A stretch of 64,000 bases of DNA, taken from positions 62,656 through 126,655 of the forward strand of contig CAYSSJ010000006.1 in NCBI GenBank assembly GCA_964433675.1, written 5' to 3'. The stretch comes from an uncultured Candidatus Cloacimonadota bacterium (lineage in GTDB: Bacteria > Cloacimonadota > Cloacimonadia > Cloacimonadales > TCS61). The notes beneath the pieces were generated by a model, which did no database searches, was not told the DNA's origin, and saw only the letters and a program-made list of their open reading frames with translations. Below, in pieces: positions 46,153-56,224 of the stretch; position 1 is the stretch's first letter, and each line of letters begins with the position of its first letter. Both the position numbers and the translations under genes were made by a program.

Positions 46153-47016
46153 TTAATTCTTCCCCGGATAAACTAATCTAATAACAGCCAATCTATTATC
46201 GGAAGTATCCTCGGGATCCATACCACTTTCATAATCGGATAGCATCTCATACTGCAGGTGTTTCTCTTCTTCTCTACCTGCACCTTCGCCTACTATCATA
46301 TCAATTACATTGGGATTGCCACTACCGTCCGAGCCGCCACCGAAACGGTGCTGCCCTTCATATTCGTTTACTCTGCGAGCCAACACCGACCAATCTGCAG
46401 GGAAACCGGTAGCACTAAGCATAAGAATACCGTAGCCCCACTCTGTAATATCGGCATCTTCACTCACTCCGAGATCAGCTTTGCGAACTGATGCTCTAAG
46501 TGAACGTCCTATAGGTCGGATAGAAGATGGCAGGACAATATCATCTTTGAGATGCTCAGCTTTGAGGTCGATCTCACTGTTGATTTTAGACTCTGTGTGT
46601 GGTCCGATAAAAACAACCTTCTCCCAGGCACACTCAGGATGAACCTGAACCTGTACACCCGGAATTGTCTCTGTATGACCGGAACCTTCCACATTGTCGA
46701 AATCGAGATAGATCTGTACTAATTGGACATCCCACTTATCACCCCAATTAAACGATAACGGAGCATTGAACCTAACATTAAATTCAATCATCTCCCCTTT
46801 ATCTTCGATAGTAGTACCGACCAGATCAAATGATCCCGGCACATAGATTGGATCGGTCGGATAAGTATAATTACCCGGTCCTTTGTCATCACCGCTAGGA
46901 TCCTTCAGTTCGATTATCGTTCCATCTCTTGCCGGACTACCAGCTGAAGCACAGCCAGTTAGTATCAGCATGCTTAGAATGATCAGAACCATTACAAAGT
47001 ACCCTGCTTTTTTCAT
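46153..47016 (-). CDS. lipoprotein with glucodextranase-C-like domain
   Basis: 287 aa with a lipobox 'ILTGCAS'. 'DPSGDDKGPGNYTYPTDPIYVPGSFDL', 'IYLDFDN', 'FGGGSDG' and 'NPNVIDMI'. Confidence 0.6.
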   Translation of the reverse strand: MKKAGYFVMVLIILSMLILTGCASAGSPARDGTIIELKDPSGDDKGPGNYTYPTDPIYVPGSFDLVGTTIEDKGEMIEFNVRFNAPLSFNWGDKWDVQLVQIYLDFDNVEGSGHTETIPGVQVQVHPECAWEKVVFIGPHTESKINSEIDLKAEHLKDDIVLPSSIRPIGRSLRASVRKADLGVSEDADITEWGYGILMLSATGFPADWSVLARRVNEYEGQHRFGGGSDGSGNPNVIDMIVGEGAGREEEKHLQYEMLSDYESGMDPEDTSDNRLAVIRLVYPGKN

Positions 47017-47048
47017 AACGACCTCCTTTTGTTTGCTTTATCACCATT

Positions 47049-47891
47049 TTAACCTTTTACTCCACCTGCTGTTAAGCCTGATACCAAGAACCTCTGGAAC
47101 GACATAAACAATACAACAACAGGTATAGCAACCAACAACGAAGAAGCTGCGAAACTTCCCCATTCCGCTCCGAATTCCCCAACCATATCGCGTAATCCGA
47201 TAGGAAGCGTATATTTTCTCTCCGAATCCAAAAATGTAGCAGCCAAGATAAATTCATTCCAGGCCATCATAAAAGAGAACAGACCGGTTATTGCAATTGA
47301 TGGCTTACTAAGCGGCAGGATTATCTGCCAGAATATCCGTCCTCGCGAGGCACCATCTATTCTCGCCGATTCTTCCAAGGATATCGGGATAGTGTCGAAA
47401 TATCCTTTCAGCACCCAGATGGAGAAAGGTAAAGCCGTAGTAGAGTAGATTATCACCAGTCCCCAAATGGAACCGTATAGATTCAAAACCTGCGCAATCA
47501 AAATAAATTGTGGAATTATCAACAATACTCCCGGAAACATTTGAGTAACCAAAAGCGACATCATACCCGCACGCTGACCGGGAAATCTGAATCTGGAAAA
47601 TGCATAAGCAGCAGTTGTAGCGAGAAAAAGACTCGATATAGTCGTCACAAATGCTACTATGATACTATTTCTCAACCAGATGAAAAACGGTTTTTCTGTG
47701 AATACGATGCGGAAATTGTCCAAACTAAACTGCTCAGGAATTATACTCAGCGGTGATTCGATACTAAGAAAAGAAGTACCGCCAAATGCAACTTTAAGTA
47801 CCCATAGTACCGGATAAATCGTGATTATCGTTACAATGAGCAATATCAGGTATGTCATCACCCGTCGCAAAATTGTCTTACTCTCTATCAT
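47049..47891 (-). CDS. sugar ABC transporter permease (MalG-like)
   Basis: 280 aa with 6 TM and the EAA loop 'EESARIDGASRGRIFWQIILP'. Confidence 0.85.
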   Translation of the reverse strand: MIESKTILRRVMTYLILLIVTIITIYPVLWVLKVAFGGTSFLSIESPLSIIPEQFSLDNFRIVFTEKPFFIWLRNSIIVAFVTTISSLFLATTAAYAFSRFRFPGQRAGMMSLLVTQMFPGVLLIIPQFILIAQVLNLYGSIWGLVIIYSTTALPFSIWVLKGYFDTIPISLEESARIDGASRGRIFWQIILPLSKPSIAITGLFSFMMAWNEFILAATFLDSERKYTLPIGLRDMVGEFGAEWGSFAASSLLVAIPVVVLFMSFQRFLVSGLTAGGVKG

Positions 47892-49669
47892 TCATAAACT
47901 CCTTGAGTAGCTTTTGATACTTTTGCGGTAATCACACCATATGCGAAGAGTATCAGAAATATTATGATCGAGTAGGCAGCAGCATAACCATAGCGATACT
48001 GTTCAAATGCCAATCTATACGAATCTGTTATCAATATCTCCGTTGCACCGTCCGGTCCGCCACCGGAGACAAGATAGATCACATTGAATTGGTTAAAAGT
48101 CCAGATCGTACCTATAATAATCGCCGGTATCATAGCCGGTTTAAGCAATGGAGCCGTTACATTCCAAAACGATTGCCATTTGGTAGAGCCATCTATCGCT
48201 GAAGCTTCGTATAACTCACGTGGGATGCTCTGCAGTGCGCCAAGAGCTATTACCATCATAAAGGGGAATCCAAGCCAGACATTAGTTGCCAGATTGGCGA
48301 GAAAAGATGTTACAGGTTGGGTAAACCAGCTGATATTGCTATCGAAGCCCAATAGTCCGATAAAACTATTGACCGCACCAAATTGCTGGTGGAACAGTCC
48401 GCGCCAGATAAGTGCAGTAATATAGCTCGGTATAGCCCAGGGAAGGATCAACAGTACTCTGAATATAGTCCTCCCTTTCAAGCGTAGATCATTTAAGATC
48501 AAAGCCAATATCACGCCGATCCCTACATGCAATACCACATTACTAATTGTCCAGATGATCGTGTGAAGTAGGGTGAAATAGAAATTATTGTAGTCTGTAA
48601 AACTCACTTCGCTGAGAATGTTGATGAAATTCCCAAATCCAATATAATTATTAAACTCCGTAAAATAATCCCATACCGGCACGCTGAAATCTGCCAGTCC
48701 ATAATTGGTAAAGCCGATCAGAATTGCGTATATAAACGGGAAAAATACGAGCAAAAATACTCCCAACATTGCCGGGAGAATATAACCATAAGCCATCCTG
48801 TGTTTTATTAGGGATCTGATGATTTTCTCGAACAGCCCGGAAAAAATAAATACAAGATAGAGAACACCGAGAATCGATAAGGTGATACCCCAAGTTCTTA
48901 CCGATGTACTATAATCTCTCTCCAGTGGCTCATAGTCTATCTCCATATCCACACCTAAACTTGATATTGTGGCTTCCAAAGCTGCAGCTGTTAATGCTTT
49001 ATGCTCGTTCCATCTATTCACATTATCCTGCAATATACCACCGATACTTGTGGTGATAATCACAATAGCGAGGATATACAACACCGGTGCCGTAATGATG
49101 CTGAGCTGAGTGAAATACCTATCGCTGATAATTATAAATATCCCTAATAAAAATAAAACTAACACCGTATAAAAAAATGGTGACTTGATGGGTATCTCAA
49201 TTTGGTCGGTTAATTTGATATATACAAGACCGGTAAAATTTCCGTCTTCTATTAGAGCATAGTATAGATAGCTATCTTCTTCCCAAAGATAGTGTAATTC
49301 ATCTTCTACTTGAGAAAAAGAACGCTGTAGATTTCTTTGATTATCGAAAACCTCTTTTGAGATGCGCGCATCGACCTGATTCGAGTCGGAATGAGCCAGA
49401 TAAGTACGCCCTTGAACTACTGCCAGTTCGACTATATTATTGCTACTCTGTTCTATATTAGTTAGAAAAAAGTTAAGATCTTCACGTTGGATTAGATCGA
49501 GTTTATGATAGATTTTCCCGACTTGCTCGGCATTCATAAAGGCATAATCGAAGGTGAATTCTGACTGTTGATTTTTCAAAGACCTCTGGATCAACATATC
49601 AAAAAAGAGCCCCAGCACCACAATGGCAAAGACTACGGCAACAATTCTCCACCAGAAGCTTTGTTTCAT
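47888..49669 (-). CDS. sugar ABC transporter permease (MalF-like) with about 280-aa N-terminal extension
   Basis: 593 aa. The C-terminal half has the EAA loop 'YEASAIDGSTKWQSFWNVTAP'. The N-terminal part has one TM, an extracytoplasmic segment of about 150 aa, and extra TMs. Confidence 0.8.
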   Translation of the reverse strand: MKQSFWWRIVAVVFAIVVLGLFFDMLIQRSLKNQQSEFTFDYAFMNAEQVGKIYHKLDLIQREDLNFFLTNIEQSSNNIVELAVVQGRTYLAHSDSNQVDARISKEVFDNQRNLQRSFSQVEDELHYLWEEDSYLYYALIEDGNFTGLVYIKLTDQIEIPIKSPFFYTVLVLFLLGIFIIISDRYFTQLSIITAPVLYILAIVIITTSIGGILQDNVNRWNEHKALTAAALEATISSLGVDMEIDYEPLERDYSTSVRTWGITLSILGVLYLVFIFSGLFEKIIRSLIKHRMAYGYILPAMLGVFLLVFFPFIYAILIGFTNYGLADFSVPVWDYFTEFNNYIGFGNFINILSEVSFTDYNNFYFTLLHTIIWTISNVVLHVGIGVILALILNDLRLKGRTIFRVLLILPWAIPSYITALIWRGLFHQQFGAVNSFIGLLGFDSNISWFTQPVTSFLANLATNVWLGFPFMMVIALGALQSIPRELYEASAIDGSTKWQSFWNVTAPLLKPAMIPAIIIGTIWTFNQFNVIYLVSGGGPDGATEILITDSYRLAFEQYRYGYAAAYSIIIFLILFAYGVITAKVSKATQGVYE

Positions 49670-49675
49670 ATATGC

Positions 49676-50869
49676 TTATCTCATCCCGGCAGCTTGCAGG
49701 TTTTGCATCACTCTACGCTGCGCATTATCGAGTTCTGTTTTGGGATCTCTACCGTTTATCGTCGCATTTATGGCTGTCGTAGCCGGTGACCATACAAAAG
49801 TCATTTGGGGGATACTCGGCATTGGTCTGGAATGTAAAATCTGCTGTTTGAATATGGGAAGGTATTTATCGTTAGCAATATCGGGATGCTGATAGACATC
49901 TTGGATAGCTACCGGTTGTTTACCGACTCTTGCCATTATCATAGCCACTTCATCACTTATCAAATATTCCATTACCTCATAGGATGCATCTTTATTCTTT
50001 GACTGAGTAGACATCAACACACCTTCTGAGCTCATAAACGGAGTTGCCCGAGTCTCGGTCTCGCTAATAATGGGTAAGAGAGCTACTTCGTATGGTATTT
50101 TATCATCTATCTCACCTCTGAACCAAGGACCGTTTATCACCATTGCTGCTCTACCCTCGTTGAACAAGGTAGTAACAAGTACATTGGAAACTTCCGGAGG
50201 CACGATCTTTTCTTTTTGAAACAGGTCTTGAGCAAATTGGAAAGACCGGATATTTTCCTCGGAATTGAGTACCGGCAGATTATTCTCATCAAATATCCGA
50301 CCGCCGAAACCTTGCAGCCAAGCAGCATGATAATAGAAGTTTGCAATCTCATAAACCAGCCCATATTTACCTTCAGAGACATTCGTGTGGTGTTTTGCCA
50401 ACCTGATCATCTCATCTGTTGTTTGAGGTGGTGAGTCTATAAGATTGGCATTGTAAAATAGTACCACCGATTTAAGCGACATGGGCAGACCATAGACTGA
50501 GCCGTCGTAATGCATAGGACCAAAAGCACCTTCTACAAATTTATCTTCTATCCCCTCTTCCAGGTAAAAATCGATCGGCTCCAAGATCCCACCTTCTACC
50601 CAGCCTCCTATCCGATCGTGAGCAAAGATAAAGATGTCCGGTCCTTTACCACGAGGTACAGCGGCAGTGATCTTGTCCGGAAATGCATCGAACGGAACAG
50701 CCAATACTTCGATCTTGATATCTGATCTGTTTTGATTAAATCTTTGCACTGTTTGATTTATCGCTGTCCGCTCCTCACCACGATAGGAATGCCATAAGGT
50801 TACTTTTGTCTGTGAAAACAGAGCTACTGTCAATACCATAATAAACATAAAAACAAAAATCTTGCGCAT
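49676..50869 (-). CDS. maltose/maltodextrin-type extracellular solute-binding protein
   Basis: 397 aa with a signal peptide. Family-1 SBP pattern ('VTLWHSY', 'DIFIFAHDRIGGW', 'LFYNANL', 'GPWF'). Confidence 0.8.
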   Translation of the reverse strand: MRKIFVFMFIMVLTVALFSQTKVTLWHSYRGEERTAINQTVQRFNQNRSDIKIEVLAVPFDAFPDKITAAVPRGKGPDIFIFAHDRIGGWVEGGILEPIDFYLEEGIEDKFVEGAFGPMHYDGSVYGLPMSLKSVVLFYNANLIDSPPQTTDEMIRLAKHHTNVSEGKYGLVYEIANFYYHAAWLQGFGGRIFDENNLPVLNSEENIRSFQFAQDLFQKEKIVPPEVSNVLVTTLFNEGRAAMVINGPWFRGEIDDKIPYEVALLPIISETETRATPFMSSEGVLMSTQSKNKDASYEVMEYLISDEVAMIMARVGKQPVAIQDVYQHPDIANDKYLPIFKQQILHSRPMPSIPQMTFVWSPATTAINATINGRDPKTELDNAQRRVMQNLQAAGMR

Positions 50870-50890
50870 TATACTTCCCTCCTTCTTTTA

Positions 50891-53128
50891 TTATTTATCT
50901 ATTTCGAATAAAATCGCTCCTCTCGTTGGAATCGAAAATATAAAAAAATCACCTATATCAGTAGTTTCTACAGTAATAGAATAATCATATTCATCAGTAA
51001 TGTTGCGTTCGATTTGATAGATCTGCTGAAGTTTGGAAAAATCCAAGCTCTCTATTCTGATCCCGATCTTTTCATTCTCATGCAAATTGGTTATCAGAAG
51101 TATTTCACTTTCATCATCCGAGACAGTATATGCCATAGCTCGACGATACTCTTTCATCGTATCATCATGTTTGGTATAGGTTTGATGGAAATCTACTTTA
51201 CCTTCCGCCAACACCGGATAGGCATTTCTTAATCTGATCAAGTCGCGCACTAAAGATAGTTGGGAATCGGGATCGTCTCTCTGTTCTTGCACAGAAATAC
51301 CTGCGGTAGTCTCACTCCAAGTTGGGTACCAGGAAGTCATCCCTTCCCCCCGATGGTCTTCATACCATTGCATCGGTCTTCTGATTCCTTCGTCATAAGG
51401 ATCTTTCTGACCTTTCATGCCGAGCTCATCTCCATAATACAACATCGGCATATCGGGGAAAGTAAGTAGGATGGTTAAAGCTAAGTACGCTTGGTCATCA
51501 GTAATCTGTGTGAATATCCTGTTCATATCGTGATTATTGATAAAGCGGTTCATGACAGCCTGTTGGGGCAATATGTTTTGCTGGTATTCGACCAGAGAGA
51601 CAAATTCCCGTGATGTTCCGCTGGTGATCGCTGCTAACAAACTACCCTGAAAGGGAAAATCGAAAGCCATATCGAACTGATCTTCAAAGTATAAGGCAAT
51701 TTCATCCATACCTGTCCATGCTTCTGCCAAAAGCAAAGCATCCGGCTTGAACTTTTTTATCTCCTGACGGAACAACTGCCAAAATTCATGTGGCGGACCT
51801 TTTACATAATCCAATCTAAAACCATCTATACCGCTTTCACAATCATCAGCTTCGCATGGTTTGAGCCAATATTTTGCTGTCTCTATAAGATATTCTTGTA
51901 CCTCCGGATTATTCACATTCAGAGCGGGCATAAATGGCTTGAGCATACCTCTTTCATAGGGGTCATCACGAAAATACCAGTTATGAGCTCTGGTTTGTGA
52001 TTCGTTTGTAAAATAAAACCAATCGCTATAGGGAGATTCCGGATTACCATAGGCGTCTTGAAAATATGGGTGCTGAGAGGAACAATGATTGAGAACGAGA
52101 TCAGTTACAATTTTTATCCCCCGCTTTTTAGCTTCTCTAACCAACTCAAAAAAATCCTCTTTTGTACCATAGTCCGGATTAATTTGATAATAATCGGAAA
52201 CATCATAGCCATGATAACTGGGAGATTCAAACACCGGCATCAACCAAACAACGCTAATGCCCAGATCATCGTCTGTATCCGGATCACCATCATTCAGATA
52301 ATCCAATTTTCGGATCAACCCTCTTATATCGCCAATTCCATCTCCATCACTATCAAAAAAACTGCGGACGAAAATTTCATACATCACACCCTGAGTGGAC
52401 CAGTCCGGCGGAGGATAATGAACTATCTCAGAAACAGTAATGGGAACGTCTTCGCCAGTGTCAACTTTGGTATTATCTACAAATGCGATCTCTCCCAAAT
52501 GCCATTTGTTATCGAAATCACCCAGACACAACTCCAGAAATCTATCGGCAGTTACAGCCGGCTGAGTGGTTTGATAGATAATGTAGTCTTCCTGTTGGGG
52601 GATAAACCTCAATGCTTCGGGATGATTTGCTGCTACTACCCAAATATATCGATTCGGGTTAAATGGATTAGGAAAGCGAAGGTTATAGCCCTGATCATCT
52701 TCATCGAAAGCAGCATCCGCTATGGAAAAACCACTCTCTGTCATTCTGATGGGTAATACATTATTAATGTAATGCAAAACTTCATTTGATTCTGTGCAAC
52801 CGACCAGAATCAGATTATAATCGTTTTTTATCTGATCAGTAATAGCAGTATCCGGAATGATTTTTTTCACATTATCAGATTTACCCAACCACCTATCTAT
52901 ACGAAAAGCGACTACATTCTCAGCCACCATGTTATTGATTTCGTTTGTATAATCATCTTCGCTACTGTTACCCCATACTATCACAGACTCATTGGAAAAG
53001 AAATCTTGCATGTCGTTTTTTTCGATTAATTGAGGTAATCTTTTTAAGGATTGTGGCTTACCGCTAAGTGGCCAAGCAGAACTTGAAACCAACAAGACAA
53101 ACATAAAAAATAACAACCGCTTTCGCAT
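50891..53128 (-). CDS. secreted GH13 alpha-amylase-family enzyme
   Basis: 745 aa with a signal peptide. 'DLVLNHCS', 'GFRLDYVKG', 'LLAEAW' and 'FINNHDMNR'. The N-terminal region of about 230 aa is of unknown function. Confidence 0.85.
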   Translation of the reverse strand: MRKRLLFFMFVLLVSSSAWPLSGKPQSLKRLPQLIEKNDMQDFFSNESVIVWGNSSEDDYTNEINNMVAENVVAFRIDRWLGKSDNVKKIIPDTAITDQIKNDYNLILVGCTESNEVLHYINNVLPIRMTESGFSIADAAFDEDDQGYNLRFPNPFNPNRYIWVVAANHPEALRFIPQQEDYIIYQTTQPAVTADRFLELCLGDFDNKWHLGEIAFVDNTKVDTGEDVPITVSEIVHYPPPDWSTQGVMYEIFVRSFFDSDGDGIGDIRGLIRKLDYLNDGDPDTDDDLGISVVWLMPVFESPSYHGYDVSDYYQINPDYGTKEDFFELVREAKKRGIKIVTDLVLNHCSSQHPYFQDAYGNPESPYSDWFYFTNESQTRAHNWYFRDDPYERGMLKPFMPALNVNNPEVQEYLIETAKYWLKPCEADDCESGIDGFRLDYVKGPPHEFWQLFRQEIKKFKPDALLLAEAWTGMDEIALYFEDQFDMAFDFPFQGSLLAAITSGTSREFVSLVEYQQNILPQQAVMNRFINNHDMNRIFTQITDDQAYLALTILLTFPDMPMLYYGDELGMKGQKDPYDEGIRRPMQWYEDHRGEGMTSWYPTWSETTAGISVQEQRDDPDSQLSLVRDLIRLRNAYPVLAEGKVDFHQTYTKHDDTMKEYRRAMAYTVSDDESEILLITNLHENEKIGIRIESLDFSKLQQIYQIERNITDEYDYSITVETTDIGDFFIFSIPTRGAILFEIDK

Positions 53129-53276
53129 TTTTTCTCCTTTAATACGACCAACCAGAGTTGATCTTCATGGAGAATTTACTGATGAAAAGCATGCCGAAAT
53201 CACTGACTGCGAATCATTGTTGTATAACTGGAATAATGAGGTTATTTTTGTCAAGAAAAATGCATAAAAAAATAGA

Positions 53277-53353
53277 TGGGGTGGCTGATGGGACTTGAAC
53301 CCACGACCACAGGAGCCACAATCCTGTGCTCTACCGGCTGAGCTACAGCCACC
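53277..53353 (-). tRNA. tRNA-His (GTG)
   Basis: The reverse complement folds as a cloverleaf. It has an extra 5' G(-1), anticodon loop TTGTGGC, T-loop GGTTCAAGT, and an encoded CCA. Confidence 0.9.
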
Positions 53354-53358
53354 ATCTA

Positions 53359-53435
53359 TGGCACGCCAGAAGGGATTCGAACCCCTGACCTACGGATTAG
53401 AAATCCGTTGCTCTATCCAACTGAGCTACTGGCGC
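53359..53435 (-). tRNA. tRNA-Arg (TCT)
   Basis: Reverse complement 'GCGCCAGTAGCTCAGTTGGATAGAGCAACGGATTTCTAATCCGT...GGTTCGAATCC...CCA'. Anticodon loop TTTCTAA. Confidence 0.9.
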
Positions 53436-53444
53436 ATAATATTT

Positions 53445-53520
53445 TGGTAGCGGCGCAGGGACTCGAACCCCGGACACTCGGATTATGATTCCGATGCTCT
53501 AACCGACTGAGCTACGCCGC
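53445..53520 (-). tRNA. tRNA-Met (CAT), elongator-type (tRNA-Ile2/lysidine not excluded)
   Basis: Reverse complement 'GCGGCGTAGCTCAGTCGGTTAGAGCATCGGAATCATAATCCGAG...GGTTCGAGTCC...CCA'. G1-C72 is paired. Confidence 0.85.
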
Positions 53521-53523
53521 CAA

Positions 53524-53600
53524 TGGTAGCGAGGAGAGGATTTGAACCTCTGGCCTTCAGGTTATGAGCCTGACGAGCTACCTGACTGCTCCACCTCGCA
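53524..53600 (-). tRNA. initiator-like tRNA-Met (CAT), variant anticodon stem
   Basis: 'TGGAGCAGTCAGGTAGCTCGTCAGGCTCATAACCTGAAGG' resembles E. coli tRNA-fMet. Positions 1:72 are unpaired (T/T). The anticodon stem has only two consecutive G:C pairs. Confidence 0.8.
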
Positions 53601-53633
53601 TCACTATTTCACACTATAAATTACAAAAAAAAT

Positions 53634-53710
<77 letters not shown>

Positions 53711-53871
53711 CCACTATTATTGTTTCACATATTTTTCCTGCCGATCTGATGTCAAGAAAAAGTTCTAACCAAAATTATTCTACAAATTTCTCTTAGCGCT
53801 ATTAATACTATACTAATAAGCTTTATACTGGGTCGTATGTAGAAATTAAATAAGCTAACCAAAGAAAATCC

Positions 53872-53901
53872 TTGACGATTATGCAGCTCTTTGAGTAATA
53901 A
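53872..53901 (+). promoter_or_regulatory. candidate sigma70-type promoter for rng
   Basis: TTGACG (53872-53877), an 18-nt spacer, then TAATAA (53896-53901), about 30 nt upstream of the ATG at 53932. Confidence 0.3.
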
Positions 53902-53931
53902 TTTCAAAAAGTAAGAATTTGGAATTATAAG

Positions 53932-55425
53932 ATGTTTAATGAAATCGTTATAAATTCCACCGCTTTCGAAAAGCGTGTGGCAATTTTGGAAGACCATAAG
54001 TTGGTCGAGCTTTTTGCTGAGAAGAAAGAGCATCAGCATGTACTAGGCAATATCTATCTGGGTACAGTTCGCGATGTATTGCCCGGGATGGGGGCAGCAT
54101 TTTTGGATGTCGGTCTCGATCGGACTGCTTTTATCCATTACCGTGATCTTGAGCCTAAATTATTACCGGAAACTCCCAAGAAAACCAGGTCAAAAAAGAA
54201 ATCGTCCTCGATTCAGGATCTCATCTCTCCCGGACAAGTCCTGCCTGTTCAAGTAAAGAAAGAACCGCTAGGGAAAAAAGGTGCACGTCTAACCGGAAAG
54301 ATCTCCCTCCCCGGGAAATTTTTGGTCTATATTCCTTTCTCCAAGAAAGTGGCGATATCGCGTAAGATTACTACCAATGCAGAAAAAGAGCGAATCAAAG
54401 GAATTATAAAAAGTATCAAAGAGCCGAATGTCGGTGTGATTGTTCGAACCGAAGCAGAAGGGATTTTCGAGGAAGATCTCGTGCAAGAGTACAATGCTTT
54501 GGCAAAGACATGGAATCTAATATCCAAACAGATCAAATATGCCAAGCCACCGGTTTGCCTTTTCGATGAAAACGATCTCTCTTTCACTCTGGTAAGAGAC
54601 TTGTTCAGATCAGACATTGATCGTTTGGTCATAGATGATAAGAAACTATACAAACAGTTGGTTACTCATATCAAAGATCTGAGCCCGGAACTGGTAGAAC
54701 GGATAGAGTTGTACAAAGAGAAAACTCCGATATTCGATGCTTATGGTATCGAGAAGGAGATAGAGACCATTTTCAAATCGCGGATCTCATTACCCAGCGG
54801 CGGGAATATCACAATCCAACAAACCGAGGCATTGGTAGCTATTGATGTGAATACCGGCAGTTTCACAGGGACTAACAATTATAAAGAGACGATCCTAAAG
54901 ACCAATCTCGAAGCTGCCTACGAAGCTGCCCGGCAGATTCGCTTGCGAGATTTGAGCGGGATCATGGTAATAGATTTTATAGATATGACCTCAGAACATC
55001 ACCAGGATGAGGTCTTGAATGTTCTCAAAAACTCGCTGAAACGTGACCGAGCTAAAAATAAGATCTTCCCTTTCACTCCACTTGGCTTAGTGGAAGTATC
55101 CCGCAAAAGGACGAGGGCAAGCTTGCTTCTATCCTATTCCGAACAATGTCCGCATTGCAATGGTACCGGCAGAATGCTATCCAAAGATTCCATGGCAGTA
55201 CGTATTTCTCGCTGGCTCAAAAGAGCACAATTCTTTATCAAAAACGAACCCCTTATCATCGTCGTATCCCCAAACGTGAAGCAATATATTAGCGAAAACT
55301 TGCAGATGTTCAAAGATATCAGCAATACTATCGAATTCAAGGGAGACAAGTCCTGTAAAGCAGATGATTTCAAAGTATATTCTGCCAAAACCAATAAAGA
55401 ACTGACAAAACAATATAATGCTTGA
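53932..55425 (+). CDS. rng: ribonuclease G/E-family endoribonuclease
   Basis: 497 aa with an N-terminal S1 domain ('GNIYLGTVRDVLPGMGAAFLDVG'). 'LVAIDVNTGSF', 'IMVIDFIDM' and the zinc-link-like 'CPHCNGTG'. Confidence 0.85.
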   Translation: MFNEIVINSTAFEKRVAILEDHKLVELFAEKKEHQHVLGNIYLGTVRDVLPGMGAAFLDVGLDRTAFIHYRDLEPKLLPETPKKTRSKKKSSSIQDLISPGQVLPVQVKKEPLGKKGARLTGKISLPGKFLVYIPFSKKVAISRKITTNAEKERIKGIIKSIKEPNVGVIVRTEAEGIFEEDLVQEYNALAKTWNLISKQIKYAKPPVCLFDENDLSFTLVRDLFRSDIDRLVIDDKKLYKQLVTHIKDLSPELVERIELYKEKTPIFDAYGIEKEIETIFKSRISLPSGGNITIQQTEALVAIDVNTGSFTGTNNYKETILKTNLEAAYEAARQIRLRDLSGIMVIDFIDMTSEHHQDEVLNVLKNSLKRDRAKNKIFPFTPLGLVEVSRKRTRASLLLSYSEQCPHCNGTGRMLSKDSMAVRISRWLKRAQFFIKNEPLIIVVSPNVKQYISENLQMFKDISNTIEFKGDKSCKADDFKVYSAKTNKELTKQYNA

Positions 55426-55500
55426 CAGCTATCCGCTGTATAAAATTTTGTGATAAATCTATAAAATAAGTGAGTAAATAGATTAAGTGAAGGAGAAATA

Positions 55501-55821
55501 ATGTACGCTATAGTAGATTTCAAAGGCACTCAATTTCGAGTGGAAAAAGATAAAGTGATACGTGTTCCCTATCTCGGAGATCAAGAGGTTGGCTCCGAGG
55601 TAAAAATACCAGATGTCCTTTTGCTCAAAGATGACAATGGTATTACTATTGGGCAACCGACAGTGAACAATACTTCTGTTTTAGCTGAAGTGCTGGAACA
55701 CAAGAAAGACAAGAAGATCATCGTGTTCAAAAAGAAAAGACGTAAGGGATATCAGAAGAAGCAGGGACACAGACAGAACTTTACGCAAATAAAAATTAAA
55801 GATATTGTAAAACAGGGGTGA
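55501..55821 (+). CDS. rplU: 50S ribosomal protein L21
   Basis: 106 aa. '[15 protein letters not shown]' and '[15 protein letters not shown]' are typical of L21. It is followed directly by rpmA. Confidence 0.9.
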   Translation: MYAIVDFKGTQFRVEKDKVIRVPYLGDQEVGSEVKIPDVLLLKDDNGITIGQPTVNNTSVLAEVLEHKKDKKIIVFKKKRRKGYQKKQGHRQNFTQIKIKDIVKQG

Positions 55822-55824
55822 ATT

Positions 55825-56085
55825 ATGGCACATAAAAAAGGTGTTGGTAGTAGTAAGAATGGTCGTGACAGTAATCCCCAATATATGGGAGTCAAACGAT
55901 ATGGTGGACAGCAAGTTTCTGCCGGTAGTATCATCATTCGTCAGCGAGGTACAAGAGTACATCCCGGCGATAATGTAGGCAAGGGTAAAGATTGTACCCT
56001 GTTCAGTCTGATAGACGGCATAGTGAAATTTGAAAGAAAAAAAGCAGGACGTAAATTCGTAAGTGTCTATCCCGCAGCAAACTAA
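55825..56085 (+). CDS. rpmA: 50S ribosomal protein L27
   Basis: 86 aa. '[29 protein letters not shown]...[10 protein letters not shown]' is the L27 signature. Confidence 0.95.
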   Translation: MAHKKGVGSSKNGRDSNPQYMGVKRYGGQQVSAGSIIIRQRGTRVHPGDNVGKGKDCTLFSLIDGIVKFERKKAGRKFVSVYPAAN

Positions 56086-56116
56086 GAGTTCACTTTACGT
56101 TAGTTTAAATCAATAA

Positions 56117-56145
56117 AAGCAGTCTGTTTAGACTGCTTTTTTTTA
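56117..56145 (+). terminator. rho-independent terminator after rpmA
   Basis: GCAGTC-tgttta-GACTGC followed by T8. Confidence 0.75.
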
Positions 56146-56224
56146 TCTTCCAAAAAGATTTCCTTGACTGATAACTAAGATTCAAATTTTTCCCTTCAAC
56201 AATGAAATATTTTTTGGGGGAAGA

